Assembly (NCBI GenBank): GCA_019429055.1
Contig: JAHYJP010000001.1
Location: 1 to 60,684 of the forward strand
Origin: Bacteroidales bacterium
GTDB taxonomy: Bacteria; Bacteroidota; Bacteroidia; Bacteroidales; UBA7960
Reading direction: 5' to 3'
Length of the DNA stretch: 60,684 nt
Positions 45,997 to 54,485 of this stretch are shown here, piece by piece. Position numbers and translations under genes: made by a program. The notes beneath the pieces were generated by a model. That model saw only the letters and a list, made by a program, of their open reading frames with translations. It was not told the origin of the DNA and searched no databases. The stretch's first letter is position 1. Every line of letters begins with the position of its first letter.

Positions 45997-48909
45997 TCAG
46001 AAAGACATGATGTATTCAGTAAGATTAGCGTCGCGATTGAGATTCAGCTTTTTTCTTAACCTGTAACGGCTGATTTCAACGCCACGGACTGAAATATTCA
46101 TCAGGGGAGCGATCTCTTTGGTTGAGATATTCATACGCAAGTATGCACACATTCTTAATTCCTTGGGCGTTAGGTCATTGTGTTTTTCCTTGATCCGGTT
46201 TATAAAATCCTGATGTACTTCGTCAAAGTAATTATTGAATAATTCCCAGTTTTTTTCGTTTCGCAGATCTTTGTTAACCTTTTTCAGTAAATTATTTACA
46301 TTCTGTCTATCAGGACTTTCTGACGGAAAGTTTCTAAGCAGTTTACTAAGATCATTTTTCAGCCCGGTAAGGGTTCTGTTTTTCTGAATGAGGTGCAGAG
46401 TTGCATTTGCCAGCTCCTTGTTTTTATGCTTCATCTCTGCCTGCAGGCTTTCATTGCGTAAATGAACGATTTCTTTTTCACTCAGTGCTGTTTGCTCTTT
46501 GAACAATTGCTCTTTTTGTGCAAGTCTTTTTTCATGACGGATTTTTTCTCCTTGCCTGATTTTGAGCATCCTTTTTCTTACGAAATAAAAATTACCGGCA
46601 ACAATCATGAACAGAAGAATTGCATAGACAAAATAAGCAATTTGCGAACGCAAAAACGGCGGATCAACCACAAAATGAAATTCGCGCCCAGGACTTTCAA
46701 CGCCATATGCATTTAAAGACTTTACCTCAAATACATAATTGCCTTCGCGCAGGTTGGTATATTCCTTTAAATTTACCACATCCCAGGCAGACCACTGCTC
46801 ATCAAACCCCCTGAGCTTAAATGAGAATCTTACTTCGTCAGGATTTTCATAAACCGGTGTTGTGAATTTGAACATGACAGAATTGAGTGCAAAGGGCATC
46901 TTTACCTTATGGTTGCTTGAATTTTCCATAACTTCATTCATGGTGAAGAAAGTTTCCGGCTCAAGTCTGCCATAAAATGAAACTTCGCGGAAAAATACCT
47001 GTTCAGGCTGACTGTAGTCTTTAATGATGGCCGGGCTGTAGTGCGCCAGCCCGTTCTGAGTGCCGATAAAAACATTGTTGTTGTCCTTCACGAAAATATT
47101 CTGAAAGGCGGGGATGAGAAAACTGTTTATCCCGGAAAATGGTGCGGTAATATCTCTGAAGGTACCGTCTTCCAGAAGCCGCATTACACCAAGATGATCG
47201 ATGGTAAAGTACCAGAGATTTCCGTACCTGTCCTGATGTATTTTATCAATAAAACCCTTCCCTTCGAAAAGTTCACTCAACTCATTGTGATGCATGAATG
47301 TGTGTTTCTCGTAGTCATAAGTGTAAATGCCATTATAGGCCGTTATGATCATTTCTCCGTTTATGGTTTGAATATTGTAGGGAAGCTGGGGGGGTAACCC
47401 CAGGTCGTCTCTGAAAAACTCCATATTGCCCGCATGGCTGAAATCTTCTGATGGTGATAATCTGAAAAGCCCCCTGTATCCGTGTGATATCCAAAGATAT
47501 CCTTTGTCGTCGGCATACATGCTCCGGCTTGATTCTCTGAATCCTTCCACCTCATCCAGAAATTGCCAGCGGTTTCCCTGCTTCTGCAGTCTTACCAGTC
47601 CGGTATATGTTCCTGCAATAACTAAATTATCAACAGTTCCAGGTTTAAGAAATGACCAGAAACCCCTTATATCAGAAACCTGCCTGGCAATAAATCCATC
47701 GATTTGAAAACATCCTATATTATGGCCACACAACAAAGTATTATCAATGATTTCAAGTTCCCAAACCTGCCCTTCTGTTCCTTTGATCAGCTGAAATTTG
47801 GTTGTATCGAATGAAAAATTTTCCAGGTCATCAACAGGGGCAGCATACAGCCCCTGGTTGGTGCCCACATAAAGTATATCATTAAATATCAGGCTTGTGT
47901 AGGCAGTTTCTATGTTGAAGTTGTAATTGAGTATAGAAATGGGTGAGCTTATTTCAATAAAATCAATGCCATTGTCTAGTCCCATCCACAGATTATTCCT
48001 GTAATCCTGATACAACGCAAGCACAGTATTGCTCTGCATTCCCTTGACGCGGTTCTTATGCTGAAGTACGTTGCCAAAATTATCGGTAATATAAACTCCG
48101 TTACTAATAGAACCAAATGCATAACCGCCGCTTGAAAGCCGGATGCCTGAAAACAAACTGTGCAATGTGATAAAATCGTTTACCTCGGCTTCCCAAACAG
48201 AAAGTCCTGATCCATCCCAAATAAAAATACCTTCATTATTTGTACCGATCAGAATCCCGTTTTTTTCGTAGGGTAATATTGAAGTTATTTCATTACGAAA
48301 AAACACCGGATGTAAACTCATTAACCTGAGACTATCGTCTTCCAGAACCATTAATCCCCTCGCCCTGTCAACAATATAAAATTTATTACCGGCATTATGC
48401 AAAAACCCAAAACCCCCTTCCGGTTCTATTACTTTAATGTTTTCTCCATCGAGAATAAAGATATAGCTGAACGATTGAAATATTATCCGGCCCTCATGCC
48501 GGAAGATATTCCATATTTCATCAAAATTACGGTACTCGTGTGGAATCAGGTGGTTAAGCGAGTTCCAGACCAGTTGACCCTGCGTGTCGGGAGCAAGAAA
48601 ACCTATTTCTTCAAAAGCTCCTGCAAAAATACTGTCGCCCTGGGTCATTACTGATCTAACCACTGATGAATTGGGCACAGGGTAAACTCTCCAGGAGGTT
48701 CCGTCGTACTCAAGAATCCCGTCATTATTTCCAAAATAAAGAAACCCCCTGCTGGATTGCGAAACTGACCAGTTCTGGGTGCTTGCCTGGTAGGTGTTCC
48801 TGGAGTAATTAACAATGAATGATAAACCCAGATTTTTGATCTGGGCACTCACCAACCCCGCGTTAAGGATCACAAGGAAAAAAATGATTCGTTTGAAGAT
48901 TGATTCCAT
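45997..48909 (-). CDS. one-component regulator: periplasmic two-component-regulator propeller + Y_Y_Y domain, TM helix, coiled coil, LuxR-type HTH
   Basis: After a signal/TM segment there is ~700 aa of repetitive propeller-like sequence. The Y_Y_Y-type segment is YTNLREGNYVFEVKSLN and the TM helix is IAYFVYAILLFMIVAGNFYFV. The C-terminal HTH is LTPKELRMCAYLRMNISTKEIAPLMNISVRGVEISRYRLRKKL. There is no kinase or receiver domain. Confidence 0.85.
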   Translation of the reverse strand: MESIFKRIIFFLVILNAGLVSAQIKNLGLSFIVNYSRNTYQASTQNWSVSQSSRGFLYFGNNDGILEYDGTSWRVYPVPNSSVVRSVMTQGDSIFAGAFEEIGFLAPDTQGQLVWNSLNHLIPHEYRNFDEIWNIFRHEGRIIFQSFSYIFILDGENIKVIEPEGGFGFLHNAGNKFYIVDRARGLMVLEDDSLRLMSLHPVFFRNEITSILPYEKNGILIGTNNEGIFIWDGSGLSVWEAEVNDFITLHSLFSGIRLSSGGYAFGSISNGVYITDNFGNVLQHKNRVKGMQSNTVLALYQDYRNNLWMGLDNGIDFIEISSPISILNYNFNIETAYTSLIFNDILYVGTNQGLYAAPVDDLENFSFDTTKFQLIKGTEGQVWELEIIDNTLLCGHNIGCFQIDGFIARQVSDIRGFWSFLKPGTVDNLVIAGTYTGLVRLQKQGNRWQFLDEVEGFRESSRSMYADDKGYLWISHGYRGLFRLSPSEDFSHAGNMEFFRDDLGLPPQLPYNIQTINGEMIITAYNGIYTYDYEKHTFMHHNELSELFEGKGFIDKIHQDRYGNLWYFTIDHLGVMRLLEDGTFRDITAPFSGINSFLIPAFQNIFVKDNNNVFIGTQNGLAHYSPAIIKDYSQPEQVFFREVSFYGRLEPETFFTMNEVMENSSNHKVKMPFALNSVMFKFTTPVYENPDEVRFSFKLRGFDEQWSAWDVVNLKEYTNLREGNYVFEVKSLNAYGVESPGREFHFVVDPPFLRSQIAYFVYAILLFMIVAGNFYFVRKRMLKIRQGEKIRHEKRLAQKEQLFKEQTALSEKEIVHLRNESLQAEMKHKNKELANATLHLIQKNRTLTGLKNDLSKLLRNFPSESPDRQNVNNLLKKVNKDLRNEKNWELFNNYFDEVHQDFINRIKEKHNDLTPKELRMCAYLRMNISTKEIAPLMNISVRGVEISRYRLRKKLNLNRDANLTEYIMSF

Positions 48910-48928
48910 AATTTCAGCAAATTAACTT

Positions 48929-51900
48929 TCAGTCTTTTGCAAGCTGTTGATTGTGGATTTGTTTTTTAAGAAGTTCCATCTGGTATCCTGCTTTGCCTGA
49001 CATTTCGCGGGCATTCATTAAAAACCGGACAGTTTCACCAATATAGATTTGCAATTGTTCGGTTTCCCTCTTGCTTAAATCGGCATCGCTATAGGTAAAG
49101 TAACCCAGCACAGAAATACTGAAAAACCAGTCGATCAATTCCTGGTAGCACTCTTTGCTAAAGTAAATAATATTCCTGTATTCATTTACACCCATAAAGT
49201 TTCTGATAAATTCATCATCAAGCATTTCCAGGGCTTTAGCAATTTTCTGATCCATCAATTCCCTGTAGTGAACTTTATCGATGTCAAAATTTGTTTCGTC
49301 CTGCTTTATTTTGCTGAAATCAAACAAGTTTCCATGTTCTTTCAGGAGCAACATCAGGAGGTTTATATCCCGTGTAATGGAAAGATCACCTCTTCCTGTT
49401 CTTTTAAGGATCTTCTGCAAAGGCCAGTAAAGTCTGGTATTCTGTAAAAGGTCATCATCTTCTTTTTCGGGCAACTCATTTTGAATGGTTTTTATGGAAT
49501 AGTATGCAAGTAAAAGCACCAGGTTTTCGCGGTATGAACTTTTACTTCCGATGGTAAGCAGTTCATTTAAAGATGACAATCCATATTTTTGAAGATACTC
49601 CTTCATGTGCTTTTCCTTCACGAAAATGAAATCAAATGCTTTTTCGATGCTTCTGACGTAGGTGATAAAATTCCCGGAAAGCACTTCAGATTCAGCAGCC
49701 TTCAGGTAACCATAATCCTTCATTTTTTCAATAAAGCCTGCAAAACGACTTTTCAGGAGGTTGTATCCCGGTTTTTGCTGAATACTCCTGTTTTCATCAA
49801 GTACTCTGTTTACGATAAAGTTGATGATATCTTCAGAAAACAAGGCTTCGTAAAAATCATGAAGAGGCTGCAGCTGTATTTCTTCGATTGCTTTCTCAAT
49901 GGATGAAACACCTTCACCACCCATGTCCCTGTAGAGTTTTTCGTATTCGCCCGTTTCATCATAAATTTCTCTGAACTCCCAGAAAAGGCGGTATTCAAAG
50001 CCATTCAGGTTCCAGTGCAAGCCGTTTTCCAGAATTTCGTTGCCTTTTTTCAGATACTCCAAACCCGATATGTGTTCGCGGAAAGCATAAAAAATTTTGT
50101 CACCACCCTTCATATCCAGTGCCTGTACCAGGCTAACAGTAAGGGTTTCTTTGCCATTTCCCGCGGCTGTTAGTTTGGGAGCTGAAAATCTGATGTGTCC
50201 ATGGGCCTGTTCATATTTATTATTGTACAAAACCAGTGCCCGCTCATTTCCATAACGGTTGGTGAATGCAAATACATTTTCATTCACATTGCCATAGCTA
50301 TCGATGTAATCAAAAATATTGAAATGAAAAACTTCGCTGAAAAGATACCGTTTGCGTGTAACCGGGAATATTTCTCTCTCATGCTTTTCAACAAGCCATT
50401 GAGTGGGTTCTTCATTGTAGTAAGCACGCTGGTATTCCATACCGTACTTTTCGCTGTACCCTTCAATTTGTCCGTGGGCAAACATGGGTAATCCCGGCAA
50501 TGTGCTCATGAGCATGCAAACCCCGAAATATTTATCGCCGGTATCGAACTGACGGATAGCGGTTTCTTCATCGGGATTGCTCATGAAGTTCACATATCGT
50601 TTCAGGATTTCGGGTTCAAATTCCAGGGTATTGGTGATCAGGTCGCGGTATTTTTCATTCTCTTCATTTTTGAGCATGTGCATGAATGCGGAGTTATACA
50701 CACGATGCATTCCCAAAGTGCGCACAAAATACCCTTCCATAAACCAGAAGGCTTCAGCCAGCAAAAGGGTTTCAGGCAGTTCGGCGTTCATGCGGTCAAC
50801 CACCTCGCGCCAGAATTCTACAGGGAAAAGTGCATCAAACTCCCTCTGAGTCATAGCATAATCAGCCCTGGATGGAATATCGCCACCAGAGCCGGGTCGC
50901 GGGTACCAGAGTCGCGAGAAGTGTTTTTTGGCCAGGGTCATTGCGGCATCAAACCTGATGATGGAAAACCTGCGGGCTACTTCAAATATTTTCTGAATCA
51001 CAGCCTCACGCACTTCCTGCTTTAGCATATCAAGCTGGGCAGTATCGTTCCAGGGCATAACCGTACCATCGTTTCCATGATAGATGTAACGGGTTTCACC
51101 GGTCTTTTTATTGATGCGTTGAAACACCACTGCTGCATCGGTTTTGCTGAAATAACCATCTTCAATTCTGATATCATAATCGGGATGCTGCGACAGGTTT
51201 TCTCCGTTAAATGTATAACCCGGGAAAGGCGGTGCAGGAGCCTGTATAAAATAATCAGGATTTTCAATTACCCATTTGGAATAAATCCCGGTATGGTTGG
51301 GTACCATATCGCTGGCCAGCCGGATGCCACGGGTCTTAGTGCGTTCATTCAGGTTCTGGTAGGCTTCTTCGCCACCCAGATCTTCTGCAATTACATAATC
51401 GTAGAGGGAATAAGCCGAAGAAACCGCATCGGTATTTCCCATGATGTGCTTAATACGGCGCGATGCTTCGCTGCGCTCCCAGATACCAATAAGCCATAAT
51501 CCTGTAAAATTCGACCGTTTAATCCGATCCAGCTCTTCGTCCGGAACCTGGTCAAGCCGTTTAATTTCGCGGCCGTATCTTTTGGAAAGCTGATCGAGCC
51601 ATACGTAAGTGTTTTTGGCCAGCATCACCACGCTGGGCATCCAGTGTACATCCTGGGTAAACTGCTCGTGCTCTTCGTAGTCTTTTTCAGCGTCCTCGAG
51701 GTATTTGTAACCCGATTTTCCCAGGGTAAACATACCGGCTTCTTCACCCATACCCTTGTAGCGTGGTGCAATGGTTGGCGGCCCGCCATTGCCGCCCATG
51801 GTATCGAAACGAACATCTTCGCGCAAAAGGTCTTTGCTTTTCAGCAGCTGGTTAAGAATTTTTTCGGGAAGGAATTGCTTCCATTTCTCAAGAATGAAAT

Positions 51901-52585
51901 CAATCTGTTTGCTGATATCCTCAGGAGCATTGAGTATGGGCGTTTTGAAAAGGCTGAAAATATCCTGATCATCGGGTCCGAAACCGGGCTGCTCTTCAAA
52001 AAAGTCTTCCAGTTCATCAATCATCCGCCGGAATGTAACAGGATCGTCCAGGTGCTTGTCATCAAAAAATTCCTTCAGTTTTTCATTGGCAGGATTAAAA
52101 TTGGCAAAGAAAAGCATAACAAGCTCCTCCAGGCAGATATGGCTGTTGGCACGACCCTCGGTTTTCCCTTTCAGATATTCATCGATGGTAAGCTGAGCAT
52201 TGAATATGGGTGTGGACGGAAATTTTTCAAGGAAATCAAGAAGCATATCCGCAAGATCCTTCTCCCCAAAAGTCTTTTCCAGATGAACAAATGCTTTTGC
52301 AAACACTTTTGGATTGCGTTTTTTTTCGTACTCCCGAAACACAAAATGGAAGATCTCTTCCAGCAATCCTGCCCCGTTTACTTCACCTGGATAAATATGT
52401 TGATCGGGCTTACGGGTTTTATTGATCTTATGCACAAAAAGCCTTACGGCCCGAAAATCCGTAAACAGAATATTTCCGTTGGTGGAGAAAAAAGCCTCTT
52501 CAATTTCATATTTCCGACGAAGCTTCTTTTCCATATGAAACTCGTAAACAGGGGTAAAAAATCTCACTCTTTTATTTTCACACAT
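48929..52585 (-). CDS. large cytoplasmic GH13 (alpha-amylase superfamily) protein with long N- and C-terminal extensions
   Basis: GH13 conserved regions are I DMVPNHTG, II IIRFDAAMTL, III LLLAEAFW and IV FMSNPDEE. It is 1218 aa with no signal peptide. A CAAATCTA (-7 box, minus strand) lies at 52603-52610. Confidence 0.75.
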   Translation of the reverse strand: MCENKRVRFFTPVYEFHMEKKLRRKYEIEEAFFSTNGNILFTDFRAVRLFVHKINKTRKPDQHIYPGEVNGAGLLEEIFHFVFREYEKKRNPKVFAKAFVHLEKTFGEKDLADMLLDFLEKFPSTPIFNAQLTIDEYLKGKTEGRANSHICLEELVMLFFANFNPANEKLKEFFDDKHLDDPVTFRRMIDELEDFFEEQPGFGPDDQDIFSLFKTPILNAPEDISKQIDFILEKWKQFLPEKILNQLLKSKDLLREDVRFDTMGGNGGPPTIAPRYKGMGEEAGMFTLGKSGYKYLEDAEKDYEEHEQFTQDVHWMPSVVMLAKNTYVWLDQLSKRYGREIKRLDQVPDEELDRIKRSNFTGLWLIGIWERSEASRRIKHIMGNTDAVSSAYSLYDYVIAEDLGGEEAYQNLNERTKTRGIRLASDMVPNHTGIYSKWVIENPDYFIQAPAPPFPGYTFNGENLSQHPDYDIRIEDGYFSKTDAAVVFQRINKKTGETRYIYHGNDGTVMPWNDTAQLDMLKQEVREAVIQKIFEVARRFSIIRFDAAMTLAKKHFSRLWYPRPGSGGDIPSRADYAMTQREFDALFPVEFWREVVDRMNAELPETLLLAEAFWFMEGYFVRTLGMHRVYNSAFMHMLKNEENEKYRDLITNTLEFEPEILKRYVNFMSNPDEETAIRQFDTGDKYFGVCMLMSTLPGLPMFAHGQIEGYSEKYGMEYQRAYYNEEPTQWLVEKHEREIFPVTRKRYLFSEVFHFNIFDYIDSYGNVNENVFAFTNRYGNERALVLYNNKYEQAHGHIRFSAPKLTAAGNGKETLTVSLVQALDMKGGDKIFYAFREHISGLEYLKKGNEILENGLHWNLNGFEYRLFWEFREIYDETGEYEKLYRDMGGEGVSSIEKAIEEIQLQPLHDFYEALFSEDIINFIVNRVLDENRSIQQKPGYNLLKSRFAGFIEKMKDYGYLKAAESEVLSGNFITYVRSIEKAFDFIFVKEKHMKEYLQKYGLSSLNELLTIGSKSSYRENLVLLLAYYSIKTIQNELPEKEDDDLLQNTRLYWPLQKILKRTGRGDLSITRDINLLMLLLKEHGNLFDFSKIKQDETNFDIDKVHYRELMDQKIAKALEMLDDEFIRNFMGVNEYRNIIYFSKECYQELIDWFFSISVLGYFTYSDADLSKRETEQLQIYIGETVRFLMNAREMSGKAGYQMELLKKQIHNQQLAKD

Positions 52586-53080
52586 ATCTTTTCCTTTTTT
52601 TGCAAATCTATCATGCTAAAAGTAAGGATTTTTTGGGTTTTTTGAGGGTGAGATGGGGATTTTTTTGATGGATGCTGAAATGGTTTTGTAACCAACTATT
52701 AATTATTCCTATGGGTTAAAAACTACCCTGAATTGATTATTAAGTGAAATAATCATCAGCATAATAAAAATCTTGCTTTTCCCAAATGATTAATTCCAGA
52801 TACTCAACCATTTTTCATATTGTTTTTTATTATAACAACTCTAATTTTATAAGATTGGTAAGTTAATTTATTGGGGCGTTAGCCCCGCAACCTTCGTAGT
52901 AGAATAGCAATATACACAGGCCAGGTAAGGAGCGTAGCCCTGAAATAAAAATTACGCCCTTCCACCTTTGGAATTCCGAATTGAAACAAAATCAGTTGTT
53001 CTTCAAAAATTAATAACATTGAAAAAATTTTTCGGTTCAGAAGAAATGTAAAAACCCATAAACCTTCACTGAATATTTCT

Positions 53081-53088
53081 TACATTTG
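53081..53088 (+). promoter_or_regulatory. Bacteroidota -7 promoter box TACATTTG
   Basis: TAnnTTTG match 38 nt upstream of the ATG at 53126. Confidence 0.4.
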
Positions 53089-53125
53089 ATCAAGAGACAG
53101 AAAACCCGATTTTATACAACTTTTT

Positions 53126-54199
53126 ATGGGAAATAGAGTACTAACTTTCACTATCCTGGCCCTTGTATTATGGATTGCGTCCTGCAATTCTTCTTCTGAA
53201 AGAGCTTCAGAAGGCCAGAGATCCCAATCCATATTAACATCCACCGCTCAGAAAAGAGACCTTTCGGACATCCGCACCGTATCGGCACCGGTGGTGGCCT
53301 ATCTTAGGGTATACATTACTGCCCGCACTGCCGGACAGGTAATGGAAGTTAATTTTGAAGAGGGCGACCGCGTGCGAAAAGGTCAGGTGCTTGCCCGGCT
53401 GGATACACGCCGCCAGCAGGCACAACTGCGCAATGCAGAAGCTACCCTGAAAGAAGCCCGCCTGAATTACGACCGGCAAAAAACGCTGTTTGAACAGGAT
53501 GTAATAACCCCGGCCGAATTTGAAAATGCCCAGGTGGCACTGGAAAGAGCAGAAGCAGAAAAAGAATTGTGGAGAGTGGAAGTTGACCTGGGAGAGATTT
53601 CTGCTCCGATTGATGCCGTAGTAGCAGCCAAACTCGTTGAACCGGGCACCACAGCCAATGTTAATGACCGGCTATTTACCATAGAAGACCATAACCTGCT
53701 GGTTATGCGTCCGGCACTCTCTGAACTGGATGTGGCCAGCCTTGAAAAAGGACAAAACCTGGAATTGTATTTTGATGTATTTGGAGATAAGCCCTATTTA
53801 GGAAAAATACGCCGCATCTTCCCCTCTGCCGACGGCATTACCCGCCTGTTTACAGTGGAAGTGGAAATTGATCAGGTAAGTCTGGATCAACCGGTTAAGC
53901 CCGGTTACCTCGCCAGAGCCCGCTTTGTACTGGATGACAGACGTAATGTAATTTCCGTTCCCAAAGAAGCGGTTGTGGAAAAAAACGGACAACAAGTGGT
54001 TTTTGTGCTTTCTGATGACAGAGAAGGCATCAGCAGGCGGGATGTAACAACAGGTGCAGAACGTGATGGCTGGGTGGAGATCATTTCAGGACTTGAAGAA
54101 GGTAAAGAAGTAGCTGCAGGTAATATTGCCAATCTTAGTGAGGACAGGCCCGTGCGGGTTACGGGTAACTTCAGGAGGTATGGGTTCAGGGAGGAGTGA
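53126..54199 (+). CDS. efflux RND transporter periplasmic adaptor subunit (MFP/HlyD family), lipoprotein
   Basis: Lipoprotein signal is LWIASCNSS. Lipoyl-like segments flank a coiled-coil hairpin (QQAQLRNAEATLKEARLNYDRQKTLFEQDVITPAEFENAQVALERAEAE), followed by beta-barrel and membrane-proximal domains. Confidence 0.9.
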   Translation: MGNRVLTFTILALVLWIASCNSSSERASEGQRSQSILTSTAQKRDLSDIRTVSAPVVAYLRVYITARTAGQVMEVNFEEGDRVRKGQVLARLDTRRQQAQLRNAEATLKEARLNYDRQKTLFEQDVITPAEFENAQVALERAEAEKELWRVEVDLGEISAPIDAVVAAKLVEPGTTANVNDRLFTIEDHNLLVMRPALSELDVASLEKGQNLELYFDVFGDKPYLGKIRRIFPSADGITRLFTVEVEIDQVSLDQPVKPGYLARARFVLDDRRNVISVPKEAVVEKNGQQVVFVLSDDREGISRRDVTTGAERDGWVEIISGLEEGKEVAAGNIANLSEDRPVRVTGNFRRYGFREE

Positions 54200-54242
54200 A
54201 CGAAAAACGGAGAACGGAGAACGAGGAATTCCCGGCGAAATT

Positions 54243-54470
54243 TTCCGGAAGGGATGGCATCCCTGAATCTGTTCACCACTCAATTAAAAAAGCTTTTGAT
54301 TATTCAAATTAACCAGGCAGATGATCAAAGAAGGGATGCCATCCCTTTTACATTCCAGAAGGGATGGCATCCCTTTTCCTTTAAATCATTCAATAAAAGA
54401 ATAATATTTTTGATTGCTCAAAATAACCAAATAGTTGACCAAAGAAGGGATGCCATCCCTTTGTTTTTTT
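54243..54470. repeat. two ~110-bp tandem units carrying four copies of a 17-bp palindrome AAGGGATG(G/C)CATCCCTT
   Basis: Copies lie at 54249-54264 (GGC centre; 16 of 17 nt, the last base is G), 54331-54347 (GCC), 54359-54375 (GGC) and 54445-54461 (GCC). The flanks also repeat: TTTGATTATTCAAATTAACCA... is matched by TTTGATTGCTCAAAATAACCA.... The last copy is followed by TGTTTTTTT. Confidence 0.9.
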
Positions 54471-54485
54471 AAAGATTGTGATCAG

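Noticed and set aside
51644-52645. 333-aa plus-strand ORF. Similar long antisense ORFs occur at 5020..5643, 38668..39321, 43576..44028, 44147..44593, 16321..16881, 54687..55364, 55199..55735 and 56375..56992.
   Set aside because: All lie entirely within, and antisense to, genes with strong family motifs. Their translations are low-complexity with no recognisable motifs. They are shadow ORFs caused by codon bias.
54243-54470. Possible CRISPR array
   Set aside because: There are only four 17-bp copies in alternating orientation. The supposed spacers are themselves repeated (~110-bp tandem units). No cas genes or leader are present.
54254-54472. 72-aa ORF (MASLNLFTT...QRRDAIPLFF) between the RND adaptor and pump genes
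   Set aside because: The internal repeat QRRDAIPF / QKGWHPF is simply the translation of the 17-bp palindrome copies. The region is better explained as a DNA/RNA repeat array.
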